Origin: a bacterium | Lineage (GTDB): Bacteria; Babelota; Babeliae; Babelales; UBA12409 | Direction of reading: 5' to 3' | NCBI GenBank assembly: GCA_018660415.1 | Contig: JABJKG010000013.1 | Location: 1,874-65,873, forward strand | Length of the DNA: 64,000 bases | Part shown: positions 1 to 9,187 of the stretch, piece after piece | Numbering within the stretch: position 1 is the stretch's first letter | Layout: each line of letters begins with the position of its first letter | Made by a program: the position numbers and the translations under genes | Notes under the pieces: model-generated | What the model was told of the DNA's origin: nothing | The model's database searches: none | Seen by the model: the letters and a program-made list of their open reading frames with translations, nothing else

Positions 1-1381
1 AGTATGCCTCAACACTACCGTCTTTTCCTTTATAAAACCCTGCATGAAACCGTTTTTCTGATGAAAATGGAATCTCCTTAATAACGGTATACTGGTTCTC
101 TAAAGTTTCGGGAGTGACACCCACCTTTTCTGCAAAGATTGTATAAGCTGCCTCGGTTGGATCACCCTTGATACGAAACAACCCTTCTTTTGGCATATAA
201 TTAATTTCAGCATGGTTTAAAATGGATGCCTGCGCTATTTGCTGCAACACCTTTTTATCTTCAAGGGACACGTCCTGATTATCAAGCTGAATAACTCCTT
301 GTGCAAAGTATCCTTCACCTGATACTGAGTACACCTTCCCACCAAAAGCCACCTGAGAAACCATCATCTCATTACGAGTGAGCGTTCCGGTCTTATCAAT
401 CAAAATAGTTTCAATACGTCCCAGGGCCTCTACAGCTTGTAGTTTTTTAACTAGTACTTTCTTACGCGCCATACGATAGGCACCTGATACCAATACCAAC
501 GTCAATACAACAGGCAGCCCTTCTGGAATAACACAGATAAACAAAGCCGTAAGCATGACCAAAAGTTCTCTGAATGGCTTACCGGTAAATAAACCAATAA
601 AAAAAAGGACTACACAAAAAATAAGAACAAATATTAAAATCCAACGCGACAGTTGTTCCAAGTCTTTTTGGATCGGCATCTCTGGATGAATCTCTTTGAG
701 TGTTTTTTGTATAGAACCCACTTCAGTATCAATGCCAGTTGCTGTTACAATCGCTTTTCCAAAACCTGAAATGACAAACGTTCCTTTAAAGATCATATTC
801 TTTTGATCAGCAACAGGAATTGTTCCTGAAAGTTTTTCAACATCCTTAAGAACACCTGCCGATTCACCAGTCAAGATTGACTCATTAACGACCAGGTTAT
901 TGGCAGAAATAAGCCGAGCATCAGCAGGAACCTTACTTCCCTCCTGGAGGATAATGATATCCCCTAACACCAAATCTTTGTCGGGAACTACTACATGCTT
1001 ACCATCACGCAAGACTACCGAGTCGGACATGACAAACTTTTTCAAGCTCGCGAGAATATTTTGAGTTCGTCCTTCTTGAATGGTCCCAATGATGGCATTG
1101 AAAAATAAAATCCCTCCAATAATGAAAGCATCGAGGGACAACCCTATAACAAATATAATCGTGGCCGCACATAACAAAATGTAAATCAATGGGTTTTTAA
1201 ACTGACGAAAAAAAACGAACCATAAGGAATCGGTCGGTGCTTCTGGTAAAACATTTTGACCCTCAGTCTTCAACCGCTCAGCCGCAGATTGAACCGAAAG
1301 CCCAGTATCGAGGTGAGAATTTAAAGCGGGAATAAGCTCATCCATTGACAGCTGATACGCTAATTTACTATTGTATTGCAT
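1..1381 (-). CDS. P-type cation-transporting ATPase, N-terminal ~460 aa (gene runs off the left edge)
   Basis: Manual minus-strand translation from ATG at 1381 gives MQYNSKLAYQLSMDELIPALNSHLDTGLS... It contains the actuator motif LTGES and the phosphorylation motif IDKTGTLT (reverse complement of ~385-410). The frame stays open to position 1. It is absent from the ORF track because no stop lies in the window. Confidence 0.85.
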   Translation of the reverse strand, partial: MQYNSKLAYQLSMDELIPALNSHLDTGLSVQSAAERLKTEGQNVLPEAPTDSLWFVFFRQFKNPLIYILLCAATIIFVIGLSLDAFIIGGILFFNAIIGTIQEGRTQNILASLKKFVMSDSVVLRDGKHVVVPDKDLVLGDIIILQEGSKVPADARLISANNLVVNESILTGESAGVLKDVEKLSGTIPVADQKNMIFKGTFVISGFGKAIVTATGIDTEVGSIQKTLKEIHPEMPIQKDLEQLSRWILIFVLIFCVVLFFIGLFTGKPFRELLVMLTALFICVIPEGLPVVLTLVLVSGAYRMARKKVLVKKLQAVEALGRIETILIDKTGTLTRNEMMVSQVAFGGKVYSVSGEGYFAQGVIQLDNQDVSLEDKKVLQQIAQASILNHAEINYMPKEGLFRIKGDPTEAAYTIFAEKVGVTPETLENQYTVIKEIPFSSEKRFHAGFYKGKDGSVEAY

Positions 1382-1518
1382 TAAGAAATCCTATCGGATA
1401 AAAAAAATAAATAACCTTTGGGGAGAGTGTACCAAAATTATTATAAAATATCGTTGTCAAAAAATAATTACATGATAACATGAAGTTTTGAAATTGATTT
1501 TTTAATAAAAAAGGAGAA

Positions 1519-2304
1519 ATGATGCAAAAAAAGTTAAGGAATATACTGTTTGTTCTTGGGCTACTTTCATTAAGTTTAGCCCATGCTAATGCCCCTGTAT
1601 TTGCTACAAAAAAGTTGGTGAGTTCTTCAGGAATTACTTATAAGGTTCGCTATAATGTAGAACGTTATGCTGGTAACCCTATGGAAGTATCTACCCTCGA
1701 CGCTGAATTCAAAAAACTTTATACCAATCCTAGCTGGTATACCAAGCAACAGCTCAAAAATAATGGCACAATGAAAATTCCTTTCAAAGATAAGGATGTC
1801 GTTGTAGAAGTTAATCTCGACCTCCCTCTCTTACAACATGTCGTTAACAACTACTACGCCAAACAATTAAAAGAAGTTGGCAATAGAGAATATGTTTCAT
1901 TCTGGGTAGACTGGAAAAACAAGTTTGAATGGCACCAACTTAATACAGAAAAAGACGCTGTGTTAGAATCTCTCAGAGCGATCATCCGTGAACAAGTTAA
2001 ACCTGTTGCTCTTACAGAACGTACTGACTTCCGCCTAGCAGCATCAGCACTTGTTGTTGCAGCATTAGCTGGTGGTTATTACTATCGTGATCAAATTAAA
2101 GAAGTAAGCCAGTCTCAATACGGAAAATTCAGCACTCACGCTCAAGCTCTATATACTTCGGTTAAAGAAAAAATGCCTAACATGCCTAGCATGAAACTTC
2201 CAAGCCTACATCTTCCAAGCATCAAAATGCCTAGCATGCCTAGCTTAAAGTTTTGGCAAAAAGCAGCCAAAGCAGCTGAAGAGGTTGCGGCAGAGATAGA
2301 ATAA
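1519..2304 (+). CDS. Hypothetical secreted/membrane-anchored protein with C-terminal MPS-x-K repeats
   Basis: AGGAG RBS before the ATG. Signal peptide LLSLSLAHA-NA. One hydrophobic helix (LAASALVVAALAGGYYY). Tail is MPNMPSMKLPSLHLPSIKMPSMPSLKF. No recognisable family. Confidence 0.6.
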   Translation: MMQKKLRNILFVLGLLSLSLAHANAPVFATKKLVSSSGITYKVRYNVERYAGNPMEVSTLDAEFKKLYTNPSWYTKQQLKNNGTMKIPFKDKDVVVEVNLDLPLLQHVVNNYYAKQLKEVGNREYVSFWVDWKNKFEWHQLNTEKDAVLESLRAIIREQVKPVALTERTDFRLAASALVVAALAGGYYYRDQIKEVSQSQYGKFSTHAQALYTSVKEKMPNMPSMKLPSLHLPSIKMPSMPSLKFWQKAAKAAEEVAAEIE

Positions 2305-2320
2305 ACTTAATAAAAATAAT

Positions 2321-2360
2321 AAAAAAGGCTCTCACTTTTATAAGTGAGAGCCTTTTTTTT
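2321..2360. terminator. Bidirectional rho-independent terminator shared by the 1519-2304 gene and tmRNA
   Basis: Stem ggctctcactt (2327-2337), loop ttat, stem aagtgagagcc (2342-2352). It is flanked by an A6 run upstream and a T8 run downstream. Confidence 0.75.
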
Positions 2361-2367
2361 GAAAAAT

Positions 2368-2758
2368 TGGTGGAGGCGATGGGAGTCGAACCCATGTCCG
2401 CATCACTTTAGCCATAGAGTACTACATGCTTAGTCTTTAAAATTACGTCTATAAACCCGTAAAGACACAAGAAAATATAGCCGTCAGTCCAGTGATACAA
2501 ACCAAGCTACAAAACTAAAAAATCTTACTTGGCGGTCCCATCTGAATTATTACGAGCTAGATCCACTGACAGGCACGTGTCACTAGCAAGAATCATAAGG
2601 CTTTCTTACGCAAAAATTGCGGTAGAAGAACTATATGATTGTGCGTTCCCATAAGGGTTTTCTGCACTTATTGTTTGACTGATTGTTTAACGAGCACTCA
2701 GACAACGCTCGGCATGCACTATATGTCCGCAACAACACGTCGAAGCCATTGCGCCCCC
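2368..2758 (-). ncRNA. ssrA: tmRNA (transfer-messenger RNA), one-piece
   Basis: The minus strand begins GGGGGCGCAATGGCTTCGACG (reverse complement of 2738-2758). It ends GGGTTCGACTCCCATCGCCTCCACCA (reverse complement of 2368-2393), the canonical tRNA-like acceptor/T-arm ends. An internal tag frame at 2650-2606 reads GNAQSYSSSTAIFA-stop. Confidence 0.9.
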
Positions 2759-2788
2759 GTATATTTCAATGATTTTTCATTCATTACT

Positions 2789-2818
2789 ATAATACCACAG
2801 TTTATTACCATTTGTCAA
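2789..2818 (-). promoter_or_regulatory. Sigma70-like promoter for tmRNA
   Basis: Minus strand reads TTGACA (2818-2813), an 18-nt spacer, then TGg-TATTAT (extended -10, 2794-2789). It lies about 30 nt upstream of the mature 5' end, which would leave a short leader. Confidence 0.5.
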
Positions 2819-2945
2819 CAGCTTGATAGTTTCGATAGCACTTGCTACAGCTGTGTTTCATATGATACCACTGGGGGTATTGCTTCTACGGGATTGCATT
2901 TTATAATATAGTGGATATCTTAAACTGGAAAATTGAAAGAAGCTC

Positions 2946-4523
2946 ATGAAACGAATTTTTGTTCTATTGTTTACCTTTATTTTCTTGCCGATAGCGGTTC
3001 AGGGATCACCAAAGTTGACCGTTGTTTTTGTTGTAGACCAACTGGCTTCTCATTATTTAACAAAGCTCGGATCTAAGCTTAGCGGTGGCATTCATAAGTT
3101 TATGGATCAAGGCATTGTCTACTCTGAAGCTTACCATCCTCTAGGAAAACCAACTACAGCAGCCGGACATGTAAGCATTGCTACTGGAACCGTTCCAGCC
3201 CTGCATGGCATTGTTTCTAATAGCTGGTACGAGGATGGAAAAAAAGTAGTTAGTGACACCGACAAACACGGAAAAAAATCAGCAGAGCATCAACAAATTC
3301 CAACTCTCACTGAGCACTTTCTCAAGGCGCACCCACACAACCGTTCTTATGCGCTCTCATACAAAAGCCGCTCAGCTATAGGACTGGCTGGCAGAAACGC
3401 TCCAGCGATATGGTTTGATAAAAAAACTGGTAAATTCAAATCAAGTAAAAAATTCTTTGCAGTCACTCCAGAATGGCTTTCTAGCTTTAACCACAAGCAT
3501 CCCCTTCTTAATAAAAAGAAAAATACGTGGGACCTTAGGCATAACGATAAGAAGTATTATGATTTTCCATGTATTGATAATTATCAATATTCGCGACTTA
3601 AAACCTTGTTTAAATCAGGCAATCTAATATCACGGGCCAAGTCCCCTCTAGGGTTTATTAAACAGTTCATGCTCACTCCTGATGCAAATCAAACGTTGCT
3701 TGATTTAAGTTATCAAGTCATTACGGATACCTTTGATAAAAACCCGGACGCGCACCTTCTTATTTGGATTGGACTGTCTAGTCTTGATAAAATCGGACAT
3801 CGTTTTGGACCACAAAGTAAAGAGGCTGTCGATACTATCTACCACCTTGATACACAAATGGATTCGTTCATGGATCAACTTGCTAAAATAGTTTCACCAA
3901 AACAAACCTTCTATGTATTAACTGCCGACCATGGAATCATGCCGATTCCCGAACTCCTAAAGCAGTGTTATAACAAAAAAAATCCTGGACAACGAGTCTT
4001 GATTCATGAGGTTAAAGATTTAATCAATAAAGATATTAAGCAACAATACGGAGTGGGACATGTAGTCTCTGCACTACCAGCACCGTATGTATATCTCAAC
4101 CAAGAAAAGCTTGATACCCTACCTCCGACAATACAGTTTAATGTTTTAGGACGTATCAAAGAGATTCTTGAATCGATACCAGGCATTAAAAATGTATACA
4201 GTGCTCAAGATTTATATATTCAATCTCTTAAGCGGGGAAACACACAATGGCTTTTTGCCAATCAAATGTATCCTCGCCGTAGTGGTCACTTTGTTCTAGA
4301 GGTAGAACCAGGAGTCTTACTTGCAAAAAAAACTAAAGGCACCGGACATAACTCACCATCAGATTATAACCTTCATGTGCCACTTATTTTCTATCAACCA
4401 CAAGTATCTAACCATAGAGTTATTACTAAAAAAGTTTGGATTCCACAAATGACTCGAACCTTGGCGACTATTTTAAATGTTGAAGCACCATCACCCTACT
4501 CGATGGCCGAGCTACCAGGCTAA
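2946..4523 (+). CDS. Alkaline-phosphatase-superfamily nucleotide pyrophosphatase/phosphodiesterase (NPP-like), secreted
   Basis: Signal peptide is present. Metal/nucleophile region VVFVVDQL...PTTAAGHVSIATGTVPALHGIVSNSWY is typical of type I phosphodiesterase/NPP family proteins. Later DKIGHRFGP and ADHGIMP motifs are also present. Confidence 0.75.
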   Translation: MKRIFVLLFTFIFLPIAVQGSPKLTVVFVVDQLASHYLTKLGSKLSGGIHKFMDQGIVYSEAYHPLGKPTTAAGHVSIATGTVPALHGIVSNSWYEDGKKVVSDTDKHGKKSAEHQQIPTLTEHFLKAHPHNRSYALSYKSRSAIGLAGRNAPAIWFDKKTGKFKSSKKFFAVTPEWLSSFNHKHPLLNKKKNTWDLRHNDKKYYDFPCIDNYQYSRLKTLFKSGNLISRAKSPLGFIKQFMLTPDANQTLLDLSYQVITDTFDKNPDAHLLIWIGLSSLDKIGHRFGPQSKEAVDTIYHLDTQMDSFMDQLAKIVSPKQTFYVLTADHGIMPIPELLKQCYNKKNPGQRVLIHEVKDLINKDIKQQYGVGHVVSALPAPYVYLNQEKLDTLPPTIQFNVLGRIKEILESIPGIKNVYSAQDLYIQSLKRGNTQWLFANQMYPRRSGHFVLEVEPGVLLAKKTKGTGHNSPSDYNLHVPLIFYQPQVSNHRVITKKVWIPQMTRTLATILNVEAPSPYSMAELPG

Positions 4524-4535
4524 AAAAGGAAAACT

Positions 4536-5243
4536 ATGTTACAAGCAATTGCTATTGGCGCAACCGTTCTTAAAATTCTTGTTTTTTCTCCACACCCCGA
4601 CGATGACATTATTGGCTGTGGCGGCAGTATCGCAAAACATGTTCAAGCTGGCAACCAAGTCTCCATCGCTTATATGACCTCTGGTGATGCTGGCAGCCTG
4701 GACTACACAAAAAAAGAACTTGGTGAAATAAGAGAAAAAGAAGCCACTAAAGCAGCAAACAAGCTTGGTGTTAACGATCTTATCTTCCTACACGAACCGG
4801 ATGGCTACATCCAAAACAAGCCTGATGTCCTTATTAAGTTGGTCAACCTTATCCGCGATATGAAACCGGACCTGATTTACATTCCCCATAAAAATGATGC
4901 AGTGCAAGATCACCAACGAACGTACGAGGTCGTACTTGAAGCTACCAAGCGTGCAAGCGGCCCCTGGTTTCAAGAGTGCTCGGGAACTCCCTGGGCAACT
5001 CCTATAGTGTTAGGCTATGAGGTTTGGACACCAATACAAGCACCAGGATATAAGGAAGATATTTCTGAATTTATAGACCTTAAGATTGAGGCACTACTGG
5101 AACATAAGTCACAGGTAAGCTCAATTAAATACGATGAAGCTATTAAGGGTCTTAATCGATATCGCGGGCTTGGTTTTGCTGTTGATAGTGGCCAACCATA
5201 TGGTGAAGCGTTTGAAATTATTAAAACTAAGCAAGTTTATTAA
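4536..5243 (+). CDS. PIG-L/LmbE-family N-acetylglucosaminyl deacetylase
   Basis: N-terminal ILVFSPHPDDDIIGCGG motif. Later H-x-D-H region (VQDHQRTYE). Starts 12 nt after the upstream gene. Confidence 0.8.
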   Translation: MLQAIAIGATVLKILVFSPHPDDDIIGCGGSIAKHVQAGNQVSIAYMTSGDAGSLDYTKKELGEIREKEATKAANKLGVNDLIFLHEPDGYIQNKPDVLIKLVNLIRDMKPDLIYIPHKNDAVQDHQRTYEVVLEATKRASGPWFQECSGTPWATPIVLGYEVWTPIQAPGYKEDISEFIDLKIEALLEHKSQVSSIKYDEAIKGLNRYRGLGFAVDSGQPYGEAFEIIKTKQVY

Positions 5244-5270
5244 AAGCTACAAAAAATTTATTTTAGGTTA

Positions 5271-5300
5271 TGCTTAACATTATTATTAAGCAGTTTTTTA
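5271..5300 (+). terminator. Rho-independent terminator after the deacetylase gene
   Basis: tgcttaa (5271-5277) pairs with ttaagca (5286-5292), followed by gTTTTTT. Confidence 0.5.
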
Positions 5301-5322
5301 TATTAAATGATTGTAAAAACCC

Positions 5323-6531
5323 ATGACCAAAAATAGATTTCTTTCCATTAATTTCCTTATTCTTGTTGGAACCGTGTTAGGTGTTATAACAGGATTGTCA
5401 CATATCCCTTTTCTCTTCCATGCCGCAGACTCAATATCAAAAATCATTGTTAATCTATTGAGCTTGATTAGTATCCCTATGATATTTCTTTCTATCGTAT
5501 CGACCATATCCGGCATGCAAAACATGGACGAAATTAAACTGCTTGGTAAAGAAGTTCTCAAGTATACAATCCTCACAACAATCATCGCAGCCTCAATCGG
5601 TTTAATACTCTTTATCATTATTAATCCTGCACAAAGTGGTATCGGATTACGTGGCCTTATCGAGTCTGCTGGAGAAGGAGAAGGCTATCTTTCTGTAGTG
5701 CTGAGCATGTTCCCATCAAACGTGGTAAAAACATTTAATGATGGCAATGTCATGGGCGTTGTCTTTATAGCCTTGGGACTCAGTCTTTCAATCTTAACCC
5801 TTCCAACAAAAAATAAAGATATTTTACATGATATCTTTTCAAGCCTCTTTGCAGCTATCCTCAAAATAACCACCGTAATTATTTATCTCATGCCAGTAGC
5901 GGTTTGGGCCTTTATCTCAATATTCATTCACAATCTTGCCGGCCAAGACTGGAACAATATCAACAGCCTATTTTGGTATGTCATTACCGTTCTCCTTGCC
6001 AATGTTATCCAAGGTCTTATTGTTCTTCCTCTCTTTCTTCTCTTTAAAGGCATATCTCCAATTCGAGCATTTAAGGGAATGTCGCAAGCACTCACTGTTG
6101 CATTCTTTTCTCGATCATCCGGAGCAGCTCTTCCAATAACCATGCAAAATGCGCAACAAAACTTGGGCGTATCGGAACGAGTTTCTAAATTCACCCTACC
6201 ACTCTGCTCAACTATAAACATGAACGCATGCGCCGCCTTCATCTTAATTACAGTACTCTTTATTGGAACCATCAACGGTGTGTACTTTAGTTGGATTGAT
6301 ATGATCATGTGGATCTTCATTGCAACAATTGCCGCTATTGGAAATGCTGGAGTTCCTATGGGTTGTTACTTTTTAAGTAGTGCACTCTTAGTCGCAATGA
6401 AAATCCCTATCAATATCCTAGTCGTTATCCTTCCTCTTTATGCTTTTATCGACATGGTCGAAACAGCACTAAATGTATGGTCAGATTCAGTTGTCGCACT
6501 TGTTGTAGACAAAGAACTTAAAGCTAAGTAA
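5323..6531 (+). CDS. Dicarboxylate/amino acid:cation symporter (DAACS, GltP-like)
   Basis: 402 aa polytopic protein. RSSGAALP motif region and overall helix pattern fit the sodium:dicarboxylate symporter family. Confidence 0.85.
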   Translation: MTKNRFLSINFLILVGTVLGVITGLSHIPFLFHAADSISKIIVNLLSLISIPMIFLSIVSTISGMQNMDEIKLLGKEVLKYTILTTIIAASIGLILFIIINPAQSGIGLRGLIESAGEGEGYLSVVLSMFPSNVVKTFNDGNVMGVVFIALGLSLSILTLPTKNKDILHDIFSSLFAAILKITTVIIYLMPVAVWAFISIFIHNLAGQDWNNINSLFWYVITVLLANVIQGLIVLPLFLLFKGISPIRAFKGMSQALTVAFFSRSSGAALPITMQNAQQNLGVSERVSKFTLPLCSTINMNACAAFILITVLFIGTINGVYFSWIDMIMWIFIATIAAIGNAGVPMGCYFLSSALLVAMKIPINILVVILPLYAFIDMVETALNVWSDSVVALVVDKELKAK

Positions 6532-6586
6532 CTCCTTTTTAATGTCGAAACCCAATAAGTATTGATGGAGAGTATTAAAACTCTCC

Positions 6587-6615
6587 TTGACAAACCCTTT
6601 GCTCTATAGTACAAT
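6587..6615 (+). promoter_or_regulatory. Near-consensus sigma70 promoter for the 6654/7060 paralog pair
   Basis: TTGACA (6587-6592), 17-nt spacer, TACAAT (6610-6615). It is preceded by the hairpin ggagagt-attaaa-actctcc. Confidence 0.55.
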
Positions 6616-6653
6616 TTCAAAAAGAAACTTCAATTTTATTTTTGGAATTATTT

Positions 6654-7067
6654 ATGTCAAAATATGTTTTTTTATTGTTTTCATTGCTTGTATGTACCAT
6701 ACAGCCCACCCCGCGATTAGTAGGGACCAGGCCAAGTCAAATGACCCCAGAAGATGTGATTAGAAGGATAGAGCAGGGAACGGGTAATCCTAGCGATAGT
6801 TTTGGAGAGACCACTGATCTTTTTCAGTACTTGGAAAACAAACAAAAATTTGTACACCTAGGCAAGCTGTGCCTTCTTGATAGCGATTTCAGAGCCGGCT
6901 TAATTGAAAGAATTACCAAAGACGGATGTGCCTTTTGCCCCTTTTATGCACAACAACTAATAAAGGGTCGACCTAAACCTGTTGGAGCAATCATTCTTGG
7001 AACCAACAGTCCTGTTGTTGCTCAGGACCTAGTATTTCAAGCTGTATTCTGGAAAAGAAATGAATAG
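6654..7067 (+). CDS. Small secreted protein, paralog A (unknown family)
   Basis: ATG at 6654 (the track start at 6642 is TTG). Signal peptide is present. Shares the motifs GNPSDSFGETTDLFQY and GAIILGTNSPVV with the next gene. Confidence 0.6.
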   Translation: MSKYVFLLFSLLVCTIQPTPRLVGTRPSQMTPEDVIRRIEQGTGNPSDSFGETTDLFQYLENKQKFVHLGKLCLLDSDFRAGLIERITKDGCAFCPFYAQQLIKGRPKPVGAIILGTNSPVVAQDLVFQAVFWKRNE

Positions 7068-7476
7068 AATTTTTTTTATCTTGGTTGTGTTCCTATGTAC
7101 ATCACCCTTAATCGCAATGAAAGATCAGCCGTGTTCAAAAGAAGAACTTTTAGCCAAGGTTAGCGTTGCAGGTTCAAATCCTAATGATATATTTGGAGCC
7201 ACAACTGATGTTTTTAGATTTAAAGATGGCAACATGGAAGACCTTGGACCAGTATCAGGGTTTGAAGCTCCAGGATTAGCCTGGTTACAACATCGAATAA
7301 AAACCCTAGAATATCGCTACACAAGTTACTATACGACCACAAAAAACTCTCAAGGTGATTTTGTTAGACGCGGTGTTATCGTATTGAATACCTCTGACCC
7401 TATGGTGGTGTTTGATTTGACAGTTCTAAGTGCAGCCCTGTTAGGAAAAAGAGTAGAACTAAAAAGACTCCCGTAA
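7060..7476 (+). CDS. Small secreted protein, paralog B (unknown family)
   Basis: The start overlaps the upstream stop in ATGAATAG. Signal peptide is present. Motifs SNPNDIFGATTDVFRF and GVIVLNTSDPMV. Confidence 0.6.
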   Translation: MNRIFFILVVFLCTSPLIAMKDQPCSKEELLAKVSVAGSNPNDIFGATTDVFRFKDGNMEDLGPVSGFEAPGLAWLQHRIKTLEYRYTSYYTTTKNSQGDFVRRGVIVLNTSDPMVVFDLTVLSAALLGKRVELKRLP

Positions 7477-7481
7477 TAGCT

Positions 7482-7940
7482 CTATTTATATTTATAAGAA
7501 TCTTTAAGCTCTCGAGCTGTCTCTCGCTTAATGTCTCGCTCGCGCATCTCTTTCTTTTTGCCTGTAGCTTTTTTATGCTTAGCAATACCGAGCTCAAGCT
7601 TAATTTTACCTTTAGAAAAGTACAACTTAAGAGGAACCAGAGTTATACCCTTTTTGGATATATCACCATATAATTTTAGCATCTGACGCTTATGCAGTAA
7701 AAGCTTTCGAGAACGTTCTGGATTTTCTTCCGACTTGGAGTATGCATGAGAATAGGGGCTGATATGTGTTGCAATCAAAAACAACTCACCTTTCGTAAAG
7801 ACTGCATATGAACCAGACATGTTTACATGTCCCGCCCGTAACGACTTTACTTCATCACCCAACAATACTATGCCCGCTTCGAGAGTATCTAAGATCTCAT
7901 AATCAAAGAATGCTTTTTTATTTTTAGTTATAAGCTTCAC
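7482..7940 (-). CDS. smpB: SsrA-binding protein SmpB
   Basis: KNKKAFFDYEILDTLEAGIVLLGDEVKSLR and a basic C-terminal tail. 152 aa. Confidence 0.92.
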   Translation of the reverse strand: MKLITKNKKAFFDYEILDTLEAGIVLLGDEVKSLRAGHVNMSGSYAVFTKGELFLIATHISPYSHAYSKSEENPERSRKLLLHKRQMLKLYGDISKKGITLVPLKLYFSKGKIKLELGIAKHKKATGKKKEMRERDIKRETARELKDSYKYK

Positions 7941-8406
7941 GATTAATCTTTCGTTGTTCGTGCATAGGTGGTACCCATAAGGTAAAAAGGTACTTAATAA
8001 CCGGATACAATAATAAACTTACTACAAGTGTCAAAATACTCGCTCCAATAATAAAACTCCAAAAACAAATCTTTGGAAGCCCAACATAATAGGTCAACGT
8101 CTTATTAAATAATGAAACCCAAGCCGGATTATGAAGATACTTCGACCATCCCAGTAACCCTACAATCCACTTGCCAAACACATACTCGCCAAACAACAAT
8201 GGGCCAACGGTCCACGGGTTATTCAGGTAAGCCACCGCGAAAGTTATAGGCAAGTTTAACCTTAAAGCCCAGGCAAAAATGAAAACCATAGCAGTATGAA
8301 TGCCCATAAATGGAGACAAAGCAATGAAGACCCCGCAGCATACTGACAGGGAAAACTTACTTGGACAACGCTCTTTGAGAGCCAACTGTAATAAAAAGCT
8401 TTTCAT
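7924..8406 (-). CDS. DUF2062-like small membrane protein
   Basis: 160 aa with 3-4 helices. Overlaps the smpB start by 17 nt. The family assignment comes from overall resemblance only. Confidence 0.5.
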   Translation of the reverse strand: MKSFLLQLALKERCPSKFSLSVCCGVFIALSPFMGIHTAMVFIFAWALRLNLPITFAVAYLNNPWTVGPLLFGEYVFGKWIVGLLGWSKYLHNPAWVSLFNKTLTYYVGLPKICFWSFIIGASILTLVVSLLLYPVIKYLFTLWVPPMHEQRKINREAYN

Positions 8407-8488
8407 AATCTTTCATTTTCCACTTTATTGAAACTTAAATACTAGTATACTAAAGAAACAGAAATAAAAAAAATTAGGGAGTTTTCCT

Positions 8489-9181
8489 ATGTTTAAGAAG
8501 ATTTATATCCTTTTAGCCCTCTTTATGGGGTGCTTCTCTCTGCATGCTAATAATCTCTACCTTAACGAAAACAACTATTGCATCGGTACATGGGATGTCC
8601 CAACCAGCCAATCTATACCTTTAATATACCAAGGTGAGATCATAAAAGTAACGAATGGGACTTTTTGTACCAAAATGCCACGTTTTCAAAACAGTATTGC
8701 TCTCCTCTTTATTGATATCAAATATATAAAGTTTGACTCAGAGGGAAACAATGTATCCACTCTCTATATTGATCCCAATACCCCAGAATACGAATATTAC
8801 CGCCTCTCTAAAATATATGCTCCTCAAAGCTATAAGTCGCTTGAAAGCCGCTTTACATGGCGCATCAACCAGGATGAGCTTCCTGTTAAAAGAGGTACCT
8901 CATTACGAGAGATCCCATCAAATACCATCATTATCCCCCTTCAGTCACAATTTTTTGAGCATACCAATCAAGGAGGCATTAAGTTCAAGGTTGATGATTG
9001 GAACGCCTCAAAAAACCTGGTTCGACTTCCTAACCCAGTATTTGATAAAAACAGCACAACCGACCTAGATAACGAAATCAATGAAGTTTACTGCGCTTTA
9101 CCAACACTCAAGGTTATCCACTCTCCTCAAGAAATGGTTACCCTTCGTGCTGATAAAGTAGAAGTTTCATTCGTAAAGTAG
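8489..9181 (+). CDS. Hypothetical secreted protein
   Basis: Signal peptide LFMGCFSLHA-NN. No recognisable domain. Ends 6 nt before tsaD. Confidence 0.55.
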   Translation: MFKKIYILLALFMGCFSLHANNLYLNENNYCIGTWDVPTSQSIPLIYQGEIIKVTNGTFCTKMPRFQNSIALLFIDIKYIKFDSEGNNVSTLYIDPNTPEYEYYRLSKIYAPQSYKSLESRFTWRINQDELPVKRGTSLREIPSNTIIIPLQSQFFEHTNQGGIKFKVDDWNASKNLVRLPNPVFDKNSTTDLDNEINEVYCALPTLKVIHSPQEMVTLRADKVEVSFVK

Positions 9182-9187
9182 ATTATT

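Noticed and set aside
2639-2911. 90-aa plus-strand ORF in the ORF track
   Set aside because: It lies antisense over the 5' half of the tmRNA gene and its promoter. It has odd Cys/Thr-rich composition and no RBS. It is almost certainly a shadow ORF.
3415-3627. Same-strand alternative-frame ORFs inside the phosphodiesterase gene. Others of the same kind are 8733-9068, 22840-23094 and 30572-30760.
   Set aside because: They overlap well-supported genes in another frame and have no start signals. They are typical AT-rich frame artefacts.
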